From Candidatus Woesearchaeota archaeon (GTDB lineage Archaea; Nanobdellota; Nanobdellia; Woesearchaeales; GW2011-AR9), in the NCBI GenBank assembly GCA_018696595.1, contig JABHQW010000008.1:64001-128000 (forward strand): DNA of 64,000 bases, read 5' to 3'. How positions within the stretch are numbered: position 1 is the first letter of the stretch; every line of letters begins with the position of its first letter. Below the pieces are notes generated by a model, which saw nothing but the letters and a program-made list of their open reading frames with translations, was not told the origin of the DNA and did no database searches. The translations under genes were made by a program, and so were the position numbers. Of the stretch, positions 1 to 10,061 are shown piece after piece.

Positions 1-144
1 AAATATTTGATTATAAGTCCAAGTGCCAAGGACCAGTTCAAGATTGAAGAATTAAGTTATGCAACGGAAGACTGTTTTGAATTAGTTTACGATGAAGAGA
101 CTAAGATTTATCAAGTTAAGTGTCAATTATCAGCAACATCTTAA
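1..144 (+). CDS. C-terminal fragment of an upstream gene, probably the extracellular tail of a membrane glycosyltransferase-like protein
   Basis: Frame 1 is open from base 1 to TAA at 142-144 (KYLIISPSAKDQFKIEELSYATEDCFELVYDEETKIYQVKCQLSATS*). It resembles the C-termini of the neighbouring GT-C proteins and the next ATG follows at 147. Confidence 0.55.
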   Translation, partial: KYLIISPSAKDQFKIEELSYATEDCFELVYDEETKIYQVKCQLSATS

Positions 145-146
145 AA

Positions 147-1559
147 ATGGAACAAAAAGACAAACAAGAAATAATTGGGAAAAAGAATAAAGTTCTTTGT
201 CATTTAGTAAAGCACCAAAAAAAATATTTGATTTTACTACTCTTAATTATTTGGTCAATACCTTTATTAACAAATTTAGCCAATAATGAACCGATCATAA
301 AAGGGGCTGAAAGTTATTATCATTTAAGTCAAGCTAAAGACATTACAATAAACAATTTTTATTATTGGCCGTTAAATTTCCTCTCCACTAACTTCCCGGA
401 CCAATCATTAATCTTGATTCCATTAATCCTAGCAATTTCTTCAATCATACTATTTGTTGCTATAACAAAAAAGACAAACTTTACAGAAAAATCAACTTTC
501 TTTTATTTATCTTTAACAGTTATTTCTCCAGCATTTATCTGGACTTTTACAACCATTTCTGCTTATTCAGTTCAAATATTCTTGACTTTGTTAGGATTAT
601 ATTTTCTGTCAAGAGACAAACAATCCATCAAAATATTGTCTCTAGTTCCTTTCATCTTAGCAACGTTCTTTGATACATTCAGTTCATTAGTTTTAATCTC
701 ATTATTATTAGTTTACTGGTTTTACAAAAGAAAAGATGCAGTAATAGTAAAAACAATTTTAGGAGCAACTATTATTCTTACAACCATTAATTCCTTATTA
801 TTAAGATTGCCTTTTATGTTAGGCCCATTCCATCGACAAGAATTTGTTTCTGAATTAATTACAGATCTTGGCGGACTATCTGGAATTAGTTTGTTCACTA
901 TCTTGATTGGCTTAATCGGATTCACTATAACATGGAAAAAGAAAGGGTTTTACTTTGCCTATCTTTTGTTGCCAGTAGTATTAATCCCTTATTTTCTCAA
1001 CACTAATACAATTATTTATCTTTCTTTGTTAACAACCTTCTTTGCAACGGTAGGCTTAACAAAACTATTTGAAAGAAATTGGCGAATTGTATCATTAAAA
1101 AAAATAACATTTTTTATCCTAATATTAGGTTTATTGTTCTCAACATTAACTTATGTTGAGAGAATAGCAGAATATCAACCAACTGAAGAGATTATAGAAA
1201 CACTTTCCTGGGTTAACCAAAACCTACCAAATCAAGAGAAAGTTTTCTCAACTCCAAAAAACGGTTATTTCATTAAATATTTTACAAATAAAGAACCATT
1301 ATATTACATACACCAAGCAACCCTAGAAAAAGAAGACCTATTACAAAATATATCTCAATCGTTTTATGTTACAGAATTATTCCCACTTTTAGAAGAAAAC
1401 AACATCTCAATCATATATGTTACAAAAGATATGAAAGAACAATTGTCTGAAGAAATAGGCTTGTTATTTCTGTTAAAAAACGAAAGATTTAAAATAGTTC
1501 ATTCTCATGAGGATACAGAGGTATGGGTGTTTGTTCCAAGTGCAGCAGAAGAGGAGTAA
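147..1559 (+). CDS. Multi-pass membrane protein, GT-C (ArnT/PMT-like) glycosyltransferase candidate
   Basis: About 11 hydrophobic segments, a first-loop motif (GAESYYH) and a soluble C-terminal domain. Start moved to ATG 147, just after the upstream stop. Confidence 0.55.
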   Translation: MEQKDKQEIIGKKNKVLCHLVKHQKKYLILLLLIIWSIPLLTNLANNEPIIKGAESYYHLSQAKDITINNFYYWPLNFLSTNFPDQSLILIPLILAISSIILFVAITKKTNFTEKSTFFYLSLTVISPAFIWTFTTISAYSVQIFLTLLGLYFLSRDKQSIKILSLVPFILATFFDTFSSLVLISLLLVYWFYKRKDAVIVKTILGATIILTTINSLLLRLPFMLGPFHRQEFVSELITDLGGLSGISLFTILIGLIGFTITWKKKGFYFAYLLLPVVLIPYFLNTNTIIYLSLLTTFFATVGLTKLFERNWRIVSLKKITFFILILGLLFSTLTYVERIAEYQPTEEIIETLSWVNQNLPNQEKVFSTPKNGYFIKYFTNKEPLYYIHQATLEKEDLLQNISQSFYVTELFPLLEENNISIIYVTKDMKEQLSEEIGLLFLLKNERFKIVHSHEDTEVWVFVPSAAEEE

Positions 1560-1640
1560 ATAGAAGTACAATTAGCGACAATGATTCTGACTTGTATAAA
1601 CTAAAAAAGACAACTATCGTTTGGTGAATGAGGGCCTCTA

Positions 1641-2915
1641 ATGAATATTTTTGTAAACATACTATTATGGATCGCATATGCAGCATCTTTGTATTTCTCA
1701 ATTTTCTTATTACTAGTCTTTTTTGACAATAGAACAATTTTCGCTCAAGAAGAGTCATCCGCAAACCCCAAAATCACTCCAGAAGTTACAGTAATTGTTC
1801 CTGCATATAACGAAGAAAAAACAATTACTAGAACTTTACAATCCATTTGTAATTTAGATTACCCAAAAGAAAAGTTAGAAGTCTTGGTAGTGAATGACGG
1901 TTCAAAAGATAAAACTAAAGAAATAATTCAAGAATTTATCAAAGATAAACCCAACTTTAAACTAATCTCTCACTCCAATCAAGGTAAAGCTGCTTCAATG
2001 AATAAAGCGTTAAATGTAGCAAATGGAGAATTCTTTGCTTGTCTTGATGCAGATTCCTTTGTTGATTCTAAAACACTAAAGAAAATGTTATCCTTATACT
2101 ACAAAGAAGACGATCCTTCTCTTGTAATTATTACTCCAGCAATGAAAGTTTACAAACCTAAGAACATTCTCCAAAAAATCCAATGGCTAGAATATTTAGT
2201 AATAATCCTAATTGCCCGTATTACAAGTCAAATTGATTCGTTATACGTTGCACCTGGACCATTTTCGTTATACAAAACAAAAGTAATTCAGGAACTGGGT
2301 GGATTTGATGAAAAGAATATTACCGAAGATCAAGAGATTGCTTACAGAGTTCAAAGGAACCAGTATAAGATCAAACAATGTTTTGATGGGTATGTTTTCA
2401 CAACTGCTCCAAAAAAGATTAAACCATTTTATAAACAGAGAAGAAGGTGGTATTTAGGTAGTATTATGTGTATTAACCAGTATAAAGATATGGTTGCTAA
2501 CAGAAAGTACGGAGACTTTGGAGTGATGCAAATGATCAAAAATGTTTTGGGTTATGTTCTAGCAATAACAGGGATATCGTTAGCGGTGTACTTAATTTTC
2601 CTACCATTATTTAATAAGTTAAAAAACCTAATTTTAATCAAGTTCAATCTGTGGCCTTGGTTAACTAGTTTAGAATTAAAATTTAATTTCATCACTTTAC
2701 TTTTGATTGATTTTAGAAAAGGGTTCATCATCGCTTTTCTTTTTATGATTGGGTTCTTTTTCTTTTATTTAGCCCACAAAAATGCAAAAGAGAAAATGAT
2801 GAAATTTGGTCTTATTGCATTAATCCCTTATTTCATATTTTACTATTTGCTTAAAGGGATAATACTATTATTATCATTATTTGAATTTACGAGAGGTAGA
2901 AAAATAAAATGGTAG
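1641..2915 (+). CDS. Processive GT2 beta-glycosyltransferase (cellulose synthase / PgaC-like)
   Basis: PAYNEE, VNDGS, DADS, TED and QRRRW motifs (D,D,D,QxxRW), one N-terminal TM and several C-terminal TMs. Confidence 0.85.
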   Translation: MNIFVNILLWIAYAASLYFSIFLLLVFFDNRTIFAQEESSANPKITPEVTVIVPAYNEEKTITRTLQSICNLDYPKEKLEVLVVNDGSKDKTKEIIQEFIKDKPNFKLISHSNQGKAASMNKALNVANGEFFACLDADSFVDSKTLKKMLSLYYKEDDPSLVIITPAMKVYKPKNILQKIQWLEYLVIILIARITSQIDSLYVAPGPFSLYKTKVIQELGGFDEKNITEDQEIAYRVQRNQYKIKQCFDGYVFTTAPKKIKPFYKQRRRWYLGSIMCINQYKDMVANRKYGDFGVMQMIKNVLGYVLAITGISLAVYLIFLPLFNKLKNLILIKFNLWPWLTSLELKFNFITLLLIDFRKGFIIAFLFMIGFFFFYLAHKNAKEKMMKFGLIALIPYFIFYYLLKGIILLLSLFEFTRGRKIKW

Positions 2916-3652
2916 AAGAAAAAAATAAAGTTCAAAAGGAGAAAAAAGAAGAAAAAGAAAGCATTAGTACTTTCAGAAGAATTAGTAAAGACAAATACAT
3001 TCTTGCAGGAATCATTACTTTCCTAATCTTTTCTTTAGGTCTAACATTTGGTTTCATATTAGAAGATTATCGTTATGGCTTAGTGGAAGAAATTAACATG
3101 GAACAAGAAGTCAAGTATTTAAGTTTACAACTCCAATATTTATATTTGGATGTTTTCAGTAATCAAGATAATTGCCCAATATTAGCTACAACTTTAAAGA
3201 AAACTGTTGAAGATTTAGATGAATCATTAAGTCAAGTTATTGCTTATGAAGAGAATAACAAAGGTTCAAAGATAGAACAAGACTTAATTATGCGAAGATA
3301 CGTATTAGATAATTTGCGTTATTGGCTTTTGTCCTTAGAAAGTAAACGTAGATGTGATCTTGACATTGTACCAATACTTTACTTTTACTCCACTGAATGC
3401 CCTTCCTGCCCAAACCAAGGGGCTGTTCTAACTTTCTTCAAAAATAAATTTGGAGAACAAGTATTAGTGTTTCCAATCAATTTAGATTTAAGACAGAAAG
3501 AACCAATGGTAGAAATAACAAAGTCACAATTTAACATCAATAAGATTCCCACTTTAGTTATTGATAACAAAAAGTATGAGGGGGTTATGCCTAAAGAAAC
3601 ATTGCAAAAACTGATTTGCTCTTCATTAAAGAATAAAGAAAATTGTGATTAA
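2909..3652 (+). CDS. Membrane-anchored thioredoxin-fold protein
   Basis: Single TM (aa ~30-50), FYSTECPSCP CxxC motif, IPTLV cis-Pro-like motif and extra Cys residues. Start overlaps the GT2 stop. Confidence 0.7.
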   Translation: MVEEKNKVQKEKKEEKESISTFRRISKDKYILAGIITFLIFSLGLTFGFILEDYRYGLVEEINMEQEVKYLSLQLQYLYLDVFSNQDNCPILATTLKKTVEDLDESLSQVIAYEENNKGSKIEQDLIMRRYVLDNLRYWLLSLESKRRCDLDIVPILYFYSTECPSCPNQGAVLTFFKNKFGEQVLVFPINLDLRQKEPMVEITKSQFNINKIPTLVIDNKKYEGVMPKETLQKLICSSLKNKENCD

Positions 3653-5149
3653 ATGAAACTAAAAGACAATAAAACAATCAGGAAAGTACAAAAAGAGATA
3701 GTCAATAAACCACTATTTTATTTAATCCTACTTACAATCTTAATTCGATTGTTTTATTTGTCAATGCAACATCCTTTGTGGTGGGATTCCCACATTTATA
3801 TTGGAATGGGGAAGTTCATTTTTTCTCAAGGTAAAGTTGGAATCTGGGAAAGTTTTAGGCCGTTAGTTCACCCAATAATTATTGGGGCGTTCTGGAAACT
3901 AAACTTCAACCCTATCATGATTGGAAAACTATTAGATTTAGTCTTCTCAACTACCGCAGTTTACTTAACATACTTAATTGGAAAACAAACTTTTAATAAA
4001 ACGGTGGGACTGATTAGCGCATTAATTTTCAGTTTAACTTCTCTTTTCATTATGTTTACAGGATTAATTCTAACTGAACCCTTAGCAATTACTTTAGCAT
4101 TGTTAGGAATATACCTTTATCTTAGAGAAGAAAAAACCAGTAATACAAATAATGTAAAAGGTTATTTCTTATTAGCGATTTCAGGATTATTCTTAGGTCT
4201 TTCATTTATGACCAAATTTCCACAAGGGATAATATTTGGTGCATTGGCATTAATTCTATTATTTCGAAGAAAAAAATTAATTAAGAAATTTAAAGACCTA
4301 TTCTCCATAACATTCGGATTCTTGATTCCAGTCGCCCCCTATATGATTTTTAACTATTTTAAGTACCCAAACATGTTGGAACCGTTCATCTCAGGATCAT
4401 GGATTGTAACTACCTCTACCTGGGTTTATGGTACTGGAATAACTTTCTACCTAACAAATTTCTTTCTTCGCTATTGGATCTATCTTTTCTTTTTCGTGTA
4501 TATATATTTTTATTTCAAGGAAAAACATTGGCAAGACAATAAGAAAACATTTATCTTAATCACAGCAATCTTTTTTCTATTATACTTCATTATTCAAGTG
4601 CCAAGGAAAGAAGTAAGATACTTAACAACAATCTTACCTTTATTAACAACCTTAGTAGCCTATGCAATAATAAACATCTATCAAAAACTTAAAACAACCG
4701 AGAAACCCACATTAAGACCGTACGCTTTTGTAATTATTTGTATCATAATAACAATTGTTCATGTTCCAACTACCTTATACTCAGAGAAAGTCCCAACCTT
4801 TGAACAAGAAATCTTAATTCTTATTGATGAGTATAATATTACTAACGCAATTATGACCACAGACCCGTCATTTGTTTCATTTGTTGACCAACCAGTAATT
4901 ATCTTAAGTGCTGGATTACAGTTTGGGCCACAGATTTATGAAAGAGAGAAAAGTAATTATGGGTTATTGTTTATTAATAGTTGTGATTTCATTTGTGCTC
5001 CAAATGATAGTACTTGTTTAGAAAAAAAAAACAATTTTGTGAATTTAATTTTTAGTGAGAATAAAGAGATATTTAGGAAAACAGTTAAGAATTGTACTTA
5101 TTCAATCGCTTTACCAAAACCGCAAGATGGAGAATTAGCAGAAAAATGA
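3653..5149 (+). CDS. GT-C glycosyltransferase (PMT_2/ArnT-like)
   Basis: LWWDSHIY first-loop acidic motif, RPLVHP, LTEPL, TKFP and EVRY motifs, many TMs. Confidence 0.75.
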   Translation: MKLKDNKTIRKVQKEIVNKPLFYLILLTILIRLFYLSMQHPLWWDSHIYIGMGKFIFSQGKVGIWESFRPLVHPIIIGAFWKLNFNPIMIGKLLDLVFSTTAVYLTYLIGKQTFNKTVGLISALIFSLTSLFIMFTGLILTEPLAITLALLGIYLYLREEKTSNTNNVKGYFLLAISGLFLGLSFMTKFPQGIIFGALALILLFRRKKLIKKFKDLFSITFGFLIPVAPYMIFNYFKYPNMLEPFISGSWIVTTSTWVYGTGITFYLTNFFLRYWIYLFFFVYIYFYFKEKHWQDNKKTFILITAIFFLLYFIIQVPRKEVRYLTTILPLLTTLVAYAIINIYQKLKTTEKPTLRPYAFVIICIIITIVHVPTTLYSEKVPTFEQEILILIDEYNITNAIMTTDPSFVSFVDQPVIILSAGLQFGPQIYEREKSNYGLLFINSCDFICAPNDSTCLEKKNNFVNLIFSENKEIFRKTVKNCTYSIALPKPQDGELAEK

Positions 5150-6000
5150 AATTCAAAGATTTTTTAGCATTAATTAGAGTGCACCAATGGTACAAGAACT
5201 TAGTAGTTTTCTTAGCAATATTTTTTTCAGGAAACTTTTTTGATACAAACTTAATTTATTTAACAATAGTTGCATTCTTTTCTTTATCATTTGTTTCTTC
5301 TGCGGGATATATTATCAATGATTTAGTTGATTTAAAGAAGGATTTACTAAATCCCGAAAAAAGGACCAGACCTCTTGCTTCAGGTAAGGTTAAGAAGCCA
5401 ACAGCAATATTCATTTCATTACTACTATTGGCAGTTAGTATTTACATGGCTCATACTATCTCAATTGCCGTAACCTATTTTATAATCTTGCTTTTCATCT
5501 CACATCAAATTTATACCTTTTTCTTAAAGAATATTATCTTTGCAGATATTCTGTCTATTGCAACTTTCTTTGTTATTAGAGCAATAACGGGTGCATTTGC
5601 TATTGAAGTTAAAGTAAGTCCTTGGTTAATCTTGTGTCCGTTCTTTTTATCATTATTCCTTTCGATAGGAAAACGCCAATCAGAGTTGCACTTGTTAAAA
5701 GAGAAATCAGCCCAAGCAAGAAAAGTTCTTAAGGAATATAATAAAGAATTAACAAACTCATTAATGATTATCTCAACAACATTGTTAATCATCTCTTATG
5801 CTCTTTATTCATTTCTCAGCGAACATGCAAATTTATTATACACTTTACCCTTTGCATTATTTGTAATATTCCGCTTTTATTATTTGATTGATAAAGGATC
5901 TGAGATTGCCAGACACCCAGAAAGAATAGTTAAAGATAAAGCTATTATTGTAGGAATGATATTGTGGGCAATTGTAGTTGGGTTACTGATTTATTATTGA
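5146..6000 (+). CDS. UbiA-family polyprenyl-phosphate phosphoribosyltransferase (DPPR-synthase type)
   Basis: RVHQWYKN, YIINDLVD..KD...PEKRTRPLASG and GKRQSEL are characteristic of the Rv3806c-like subfamily. ATG 5146 forms an ATGA overlap with the previous stop. Confidence 0.8.
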   Translation: MKFKDFLALIRVHQWYKNLVVFLAIFFSGNFFDTNLIYLTIVAFFSLSFVSSAGYIINDLVDLKKDLLNPEKRTRPLASGKVKKPTAIFISLLLLAVSIYMAHTISIAVTYFIILLFISHQIYTFFLKNIIFADILSIATFFVIRAITGAFAIEVKVSPWLILCPFFLSLFLSIGKRQSELHLLKEKSAQARKVLKEYNKELTNSLMIISTTLLIISYALYSFLSEHANLLYTLPFALFVIFRFYYLIDKGSEIARHPERIVKDKAIIVGMILWAIVVGLLIYY

Positions 6001-6026
6001 AAATGTTTGAGAATATTTAACGAAAA

Positions 6027-6509
6027 CTATTTTCTCTTCCGCACCTTAATGAAATCGCCCAAAGTAAGCTCATCAGAAGGACCTTTCTTCTTTTTGTCAA
6101 TCTCAACAGAACCAACCACATCTTTTTCAACCAATACTAAGTTCAATAGTCGTTCTAATTGGCGAGCAATGTTAAGCCTAGGCCTTAATGTTCCAGATTC
6201 CCATTTAGCCAAAATGCTTTCCTTCTCATTTAAAGAATTGGCAAACTCTTCTTGAGTCATACATTTTTGTTCTCTCGCTTTACGAATTAACTGAGAATAA
6301 TTCCGAACTATTCTAAATTCAGGCTTATTTTGTTGCTTAGAAAAAGATTTTCTATTTGTCCCAGATGAAAATGTTCTTGTCCCGTGTCCATAACTTTTCT
6401 TTTTAACAGTACCATATTTACTACAACCAGAACATACACTAAGCTCTCCACCTTCAATTTCTGCTAAAATAAGGTTTCCTTCCTTCCCACACATCTCACA
6501 AATTGGCAT
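6027..6509 (-). CDS. mbf1: Archaeal multiprotein bridging factor aMBF1 (Zn ribbon + HTH)
   Basis: CEMCG...CSGCSKYG Zn ribbon, IRKAREQK...HTH...WESG, C-terminal LTLGD. Confidence 0.9.
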   Translation of the reverse strand: MPICEMCGKEGNLILAEIEGGELSVCSGCSKYGTVKKKSYGHGTRTFSSGTNRKSFSKQQNKPEFRIVRNYSQLIRKAREQKCMTQEEFANSLNEKESILAKWESGTLRPRLNIARQLERLLNLVLVEKDVVGSVEIDKKKKGPSDELTLGDFIKVRKRK

Positions 6510-6637
6510 TTTAGAATGTAAAAACAGAACCCATATTAAAAGCTAACGGTCATAAGAACTGATTAAAGTATTACACTATAATAAATCTTATAAAGGACCC
6601 CTGCTTAAAACCAAAATAAAGGGCGAGGTGGTCTAAT

Positions 6638-9600
6638 TTGGAAGAAAAAAGACTTGAAGAAGAAAATACAAATAATACCAATAACATTAATACTGTCAAC
6701 ATTACAAACGATATTATAAACAATAATCCAGAAGTTAATATTAACGATCCTGAGGTTAAAATTCTTGCTGAAGAGACTGAAATCGCTAAAGAAGAGACCA
6801 CAATAAATTTTAAAGAAAATAACCAAGAGCACAAAATAGAAGAAAGCAAAAGTAATGATAAAGAAAAGGAAAATGATGATGAAAAAAAGGCAGACAAAGA
6901 TGAAGAAATTGCCTTTGACTTCACTAAAACAAAAGAAAAAATAGTTGGATTCTTTAAAACAGATAAAAAATCAAATAAAAACAAACACAAAGAACAACAT
7001 CACTCTCATCATCATGAAAAAGAACAAAACTCAGAGAAAAAAGACTCTGAAGAAACTTCTTTTGATTTGAAAGAAATAAATAATGTATTTAAGAAAAATG
7101 CTAAATGGTTAATCCCTGTTCTTCTAATCTTTATTGCAATCTTTGTATCTAGTTATTTTAGAATGATGCCTTCAGATCTTCCAATCACAGATGCTTGGGC
7201 TGAGAATTCAGTAGACAATTTTTATAAACAACAGATACAACAACAAATTGATCAACAATATCCTAATTTACCACCACAAAACAAAGGCGCTTTAGTAGAA
7301 AAAGAGTTTCAAAACTTTCTCGATAATAATGAAGATTTAGTAAAACAACAAACCCAATCAACATCACAAGAGTATAAAAATTATTTCAAAGATGATTCTG
7401 GACAGACCTATCTATTAGCAATTGACCCGTACTATTGGTTCGCAGAGTCAAGAAATTATGTAGAAAACGGACAATTAGGAGATGGAACCAATTCTGAAGG
7501 AGATAGAATATTTAGTTTAAGAGGCGGAAGAGAAGATAAATCAATAACACAACTATCTTTTCACCCATTATTCCAAGGAATGTTGTTTAAAGTGTTAAGT
7601 TTCTTCAATAGAGATCTAACTTTATTACGAGTATCTTTCCTGCTACCTGCAATATTAATTGCACTATCGTTAATTCCTGCTTTCTTCATTGGAAGAAAAA
7701 TTGCCGGCAATGTTGGTGGGTTTTTTGCAGCAATAATCATAGCTATTAATTCAGCCCTACTAGGGCGGACCCCCGCGGGATTTTCTGACACTGACCCCTA
7801 TAACATACTTTTCCCATTAATAATTGCTTGGCTTTTCTTAGAAGCCTATACTATCAAAGAAAAATGGCAGAAACTTAGTGTTTTAGGTTTAGCTGGTTTA
7901 TTCACTGGTTTTTACGCAATCTCTTGGGGTGGATGGCACAACATTGTAAATTTTATTGTTTACGCTGCCATTGCATATTTGTTATATCAAACCTTCATTC
8001 ACCGTTCAGAGTTTAAAAAAGGAATAACCAATTTCTTTAAAAATAAAGAAATTAAAAACACTTTGTTAGTTTTATTCGCATATGTTATATCCTCTGGTAT
8101 TTTTGTTACTTGGTTTAAAAGTTTCGAAGATTTTATCCGAATACCCCTAAGACCTTTTCAATTTATTTTTATGAAAGATGTTGCAGTTAAATCTATTTGG
8201 CCAAATGTTTTAACAACCGTTGCAGAATTTAACGAAATTGCATTTAGTAATATTATTGCTCAAATGGGGGGCACTCTTTTGTTTTTCATTGGTGTTCTTG
8301 GAATAGTTTTAACATTTGTTAATAAAAATAAAGAAGGCAAAAGAAGAATTCATTACGCAATTTTCTTAACATTGTGGTTTATTGGAACTGCCTACTCATT
8401 CACTCAGGGAGTGCGTTTTTCAATCTTACTTGTACCTGCGTTTGCCATCTCATTTGGAGCGGCAATAGGAATTATTTATCAGTGGACATCCGGTTGGCTT
8501 AATAAAGAACTAAAATTGAGTAAATATTTAGCTAAGGGTTTAGTTTTGTTAATCTTTTGTTTGTTATTAATTGCTCCAATCACATCAGCAGATAAGATTG
8601 GAAAAAGTGAAATCCCAAGTATGAATGATGCCTGGTATAGTACCCTCACAAAAATTAAAGACACTTCAAATGATGCAATGATTACTTCATGGTGGGATTT
8701 TGGCCATTGGTTCTATGCAATTAGTGAAAGAAGAGTAACATTTGATGGTGGAGACCAAGGAGAAAGAATTCATTGGGTTGGAAAAACCTTGCTTACTGAT
8801 GATGAACAAGTTTCAGTAGGATTATTAAGAATGCTAAATTGTGGACAAGAAAAACCGGTACATATACTAGAAGAATTTTTAGAAAATGATGCAGTTAAAG
8901 CAGTAGACGTTCTTAATAAAATAATGGTAGTTAATGATAAAAAAGAAGCAATAAAAATATTGAAAAATGAAGGATTAACAACAGAACAGATTGCAGAAGT
9001 AATCAAATTAACTTATTGCGAAGACTTAATTGATCAGTATTATATTACTTCTGAAGATATGGTTGGAAAAGCTGGAGTCTGGGGCCATTTTGGTAGTTGG
9101 GATTTTAACAAAGCACTAATGTACCAAACAGTTATTAAAGACAAAGATAACGGAAAACAGATTTTAATGAACCAGTTTGGTTTAGATGAAGAAAAAGCAG
9201 ACCAATATTATTACAATATTATCAATACGGATGCTGATCGATGGATTGCACCATGGCCGGGCTATCACACTGGAATAAAAGGATGTGACTTGGTTTCAGG
9301 AACATCACAATTAAGTTGTTCTAACTCTGTCCAAGGACAAAATATAAATTTCTTGATAGACTTAAACACATACCAAGTTAGTATAGAAGGTAATCCTAAC
9401 GTTGTCCCAAACAGCATTGTTTACGCAACTAAAGAAGGAATAAAAGAGAAAGAACTTGAAGGGCAAAAGTTGGGTTCTTCCTTAGTTTTAATCCCAAATG
9501 GAGAAGGTTATAAAATTCTACTTGCCGACCCATTACAAGCAAATAGTATGTTCACAAAGCTATTTTACTTTGAAGGACATGGATTAAAATGTTTCAATAA

Positions 9601-10015
9601 ATTTGATGACCAACAACAAATGACTGGGGGTGGAAGAATAATTACTTGGACTGTTGATTTTAATTGCCAACAAGAAAACAGTATCTTTTTTCTTCCAAAA
9701 CCACTAAAAGAAGAAGTTAATGCTGCCCACATCTTAATTTCAACAGAAGATAAGAGTGAAGAAGAAGCATTAATATTAATTCAAGAAATAGAAAGTCAAG
9801 CAACAATAGAAAGTTTTGCAGAACTAGCCAAAAAGTATTCACAAGATCCAGGAAGCGCAGTTAATGGTGGAACTTTAGGGTGGTTTGGAAAAGGATTAAT
9901 GGTGCAAGAATTTGAAGAAGCTACTTTTTCACTAAATATTGGAGAGATTTCCAAACCAGTAAAAACACAGTTTGGGTATCATTTGATTTATTTAGTTGAT
10001 AAGAGAATGAGTTAG
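6638..10015 (+). CDS. aglB: Oligosaccharyltransferase AglB/STT3 fused to a C-terminal parvulin-type peptidyl-prolyl isomerase
   Basis: AIDPYYW, RTPAGFSDTD, TVAEF and SWWDFGHW (WWDxG) motifs. C-terminal AAHILI...FAELAKKYSQDPGSAVNGGTLGWF...MVQEFEEATF...PVKTQFGYHLI is a rotamase domain. TTG start preceded by GAGGTG. Confidence 0.92.
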   Translation: MEEKRLEEENTNNTNNINTVNITNDIINNNPEVNINDPEVKILAEETEIAKEETTINFKENNQEHKIEESKSNDKEKENDDEKKADKDEEIAFDFTKTKEKIVGFFKTDKKSNKNKHKEQHHSHHHEKEQNSEKKDSEETSFDLKEINNVFKKNAKWLIPVLLIFIAIFVSSYFRMMPSDLPITDAWAENSVDNFYKQQIQQQIDQQYPNLPPQNKGALVEKEFQNFLDNNEDLVKQQTQSTSQEYKNYFKDDSGQTYLLAIDPYYWFAESRNYVENGQLGDGTNSEGDRIFSLRGGREDKSITQLSFHPLFQGMLFKVLSFFNRDLTLLRVSFLLPAILIALSLIPAFFIGRKIAGNVGGFFAAIIIAINSALLGRTPAGFSDTDPYNILFPLIIAWLFLEAYTIKEKWQKLSVLGLAGLFTGFYAISWGGWHNIVNFIVYAAIAYLLYQTFIHRSEFKKGITNFFKNKEIKNTLLVLFAYVISSGIFVTWFKSFEDFIRIPLRPFQFIFMKDVAVKSIWPNVLTTVAEFNEIAFSNIIAQMGGTLLFFIGVLGIVLTFVNKNKEGKRRIHYAIFLTLWFIGTAYSFTQGVRFSILLVPAFAISFGAAIGIIYQWTSGWLNKELKLSKYLAKGLVLLIFCLLLIAPITSADKIGKSEIPSMNDAWYSTLTKIKDTSNDAMITSWWDFGHWFYAISERRVTFDGGDQGERIHWVGKTLLTDDEQVSVGLLRMLNCGQEKPVHILEEFLENDAVKAVDVLNKIMVVNDKKEAIKILKNEGLTTEQIAEVIKLTYCEDLIDQYYITSEDMVGKAGVWGHFGSWDFNKALMYQTVIKDKDNGKQILMNQFGLDEEKADQYYYNIINTDADRWIAPWPGYHTGIKGCDLVSGTSQLSCSNSVQGQNINFLIDLNTYQVSIEGNPNVVPNSIVYATKEGIKEKELEGQKLGSSLVLIPNGEGYKILLADPLQANSMFTKLFYFEGHGLKCFNKFDDQQQMTGGGRIITWTVDFNCQQENSIFFLPKPLKEEVNAAHILISTEDKSEEEALILIQEIESQATIESFAELAKKYSQDPGSAVNGGTLGWFGKGLMVQEFEEATFSLNIGEISKPVKTQFGYHLIYLVDKRMS

Positions 10016-10061
10016 AATTTCACAACCCTTATAAATTAACTTTTTAATTTTTATTATTATC

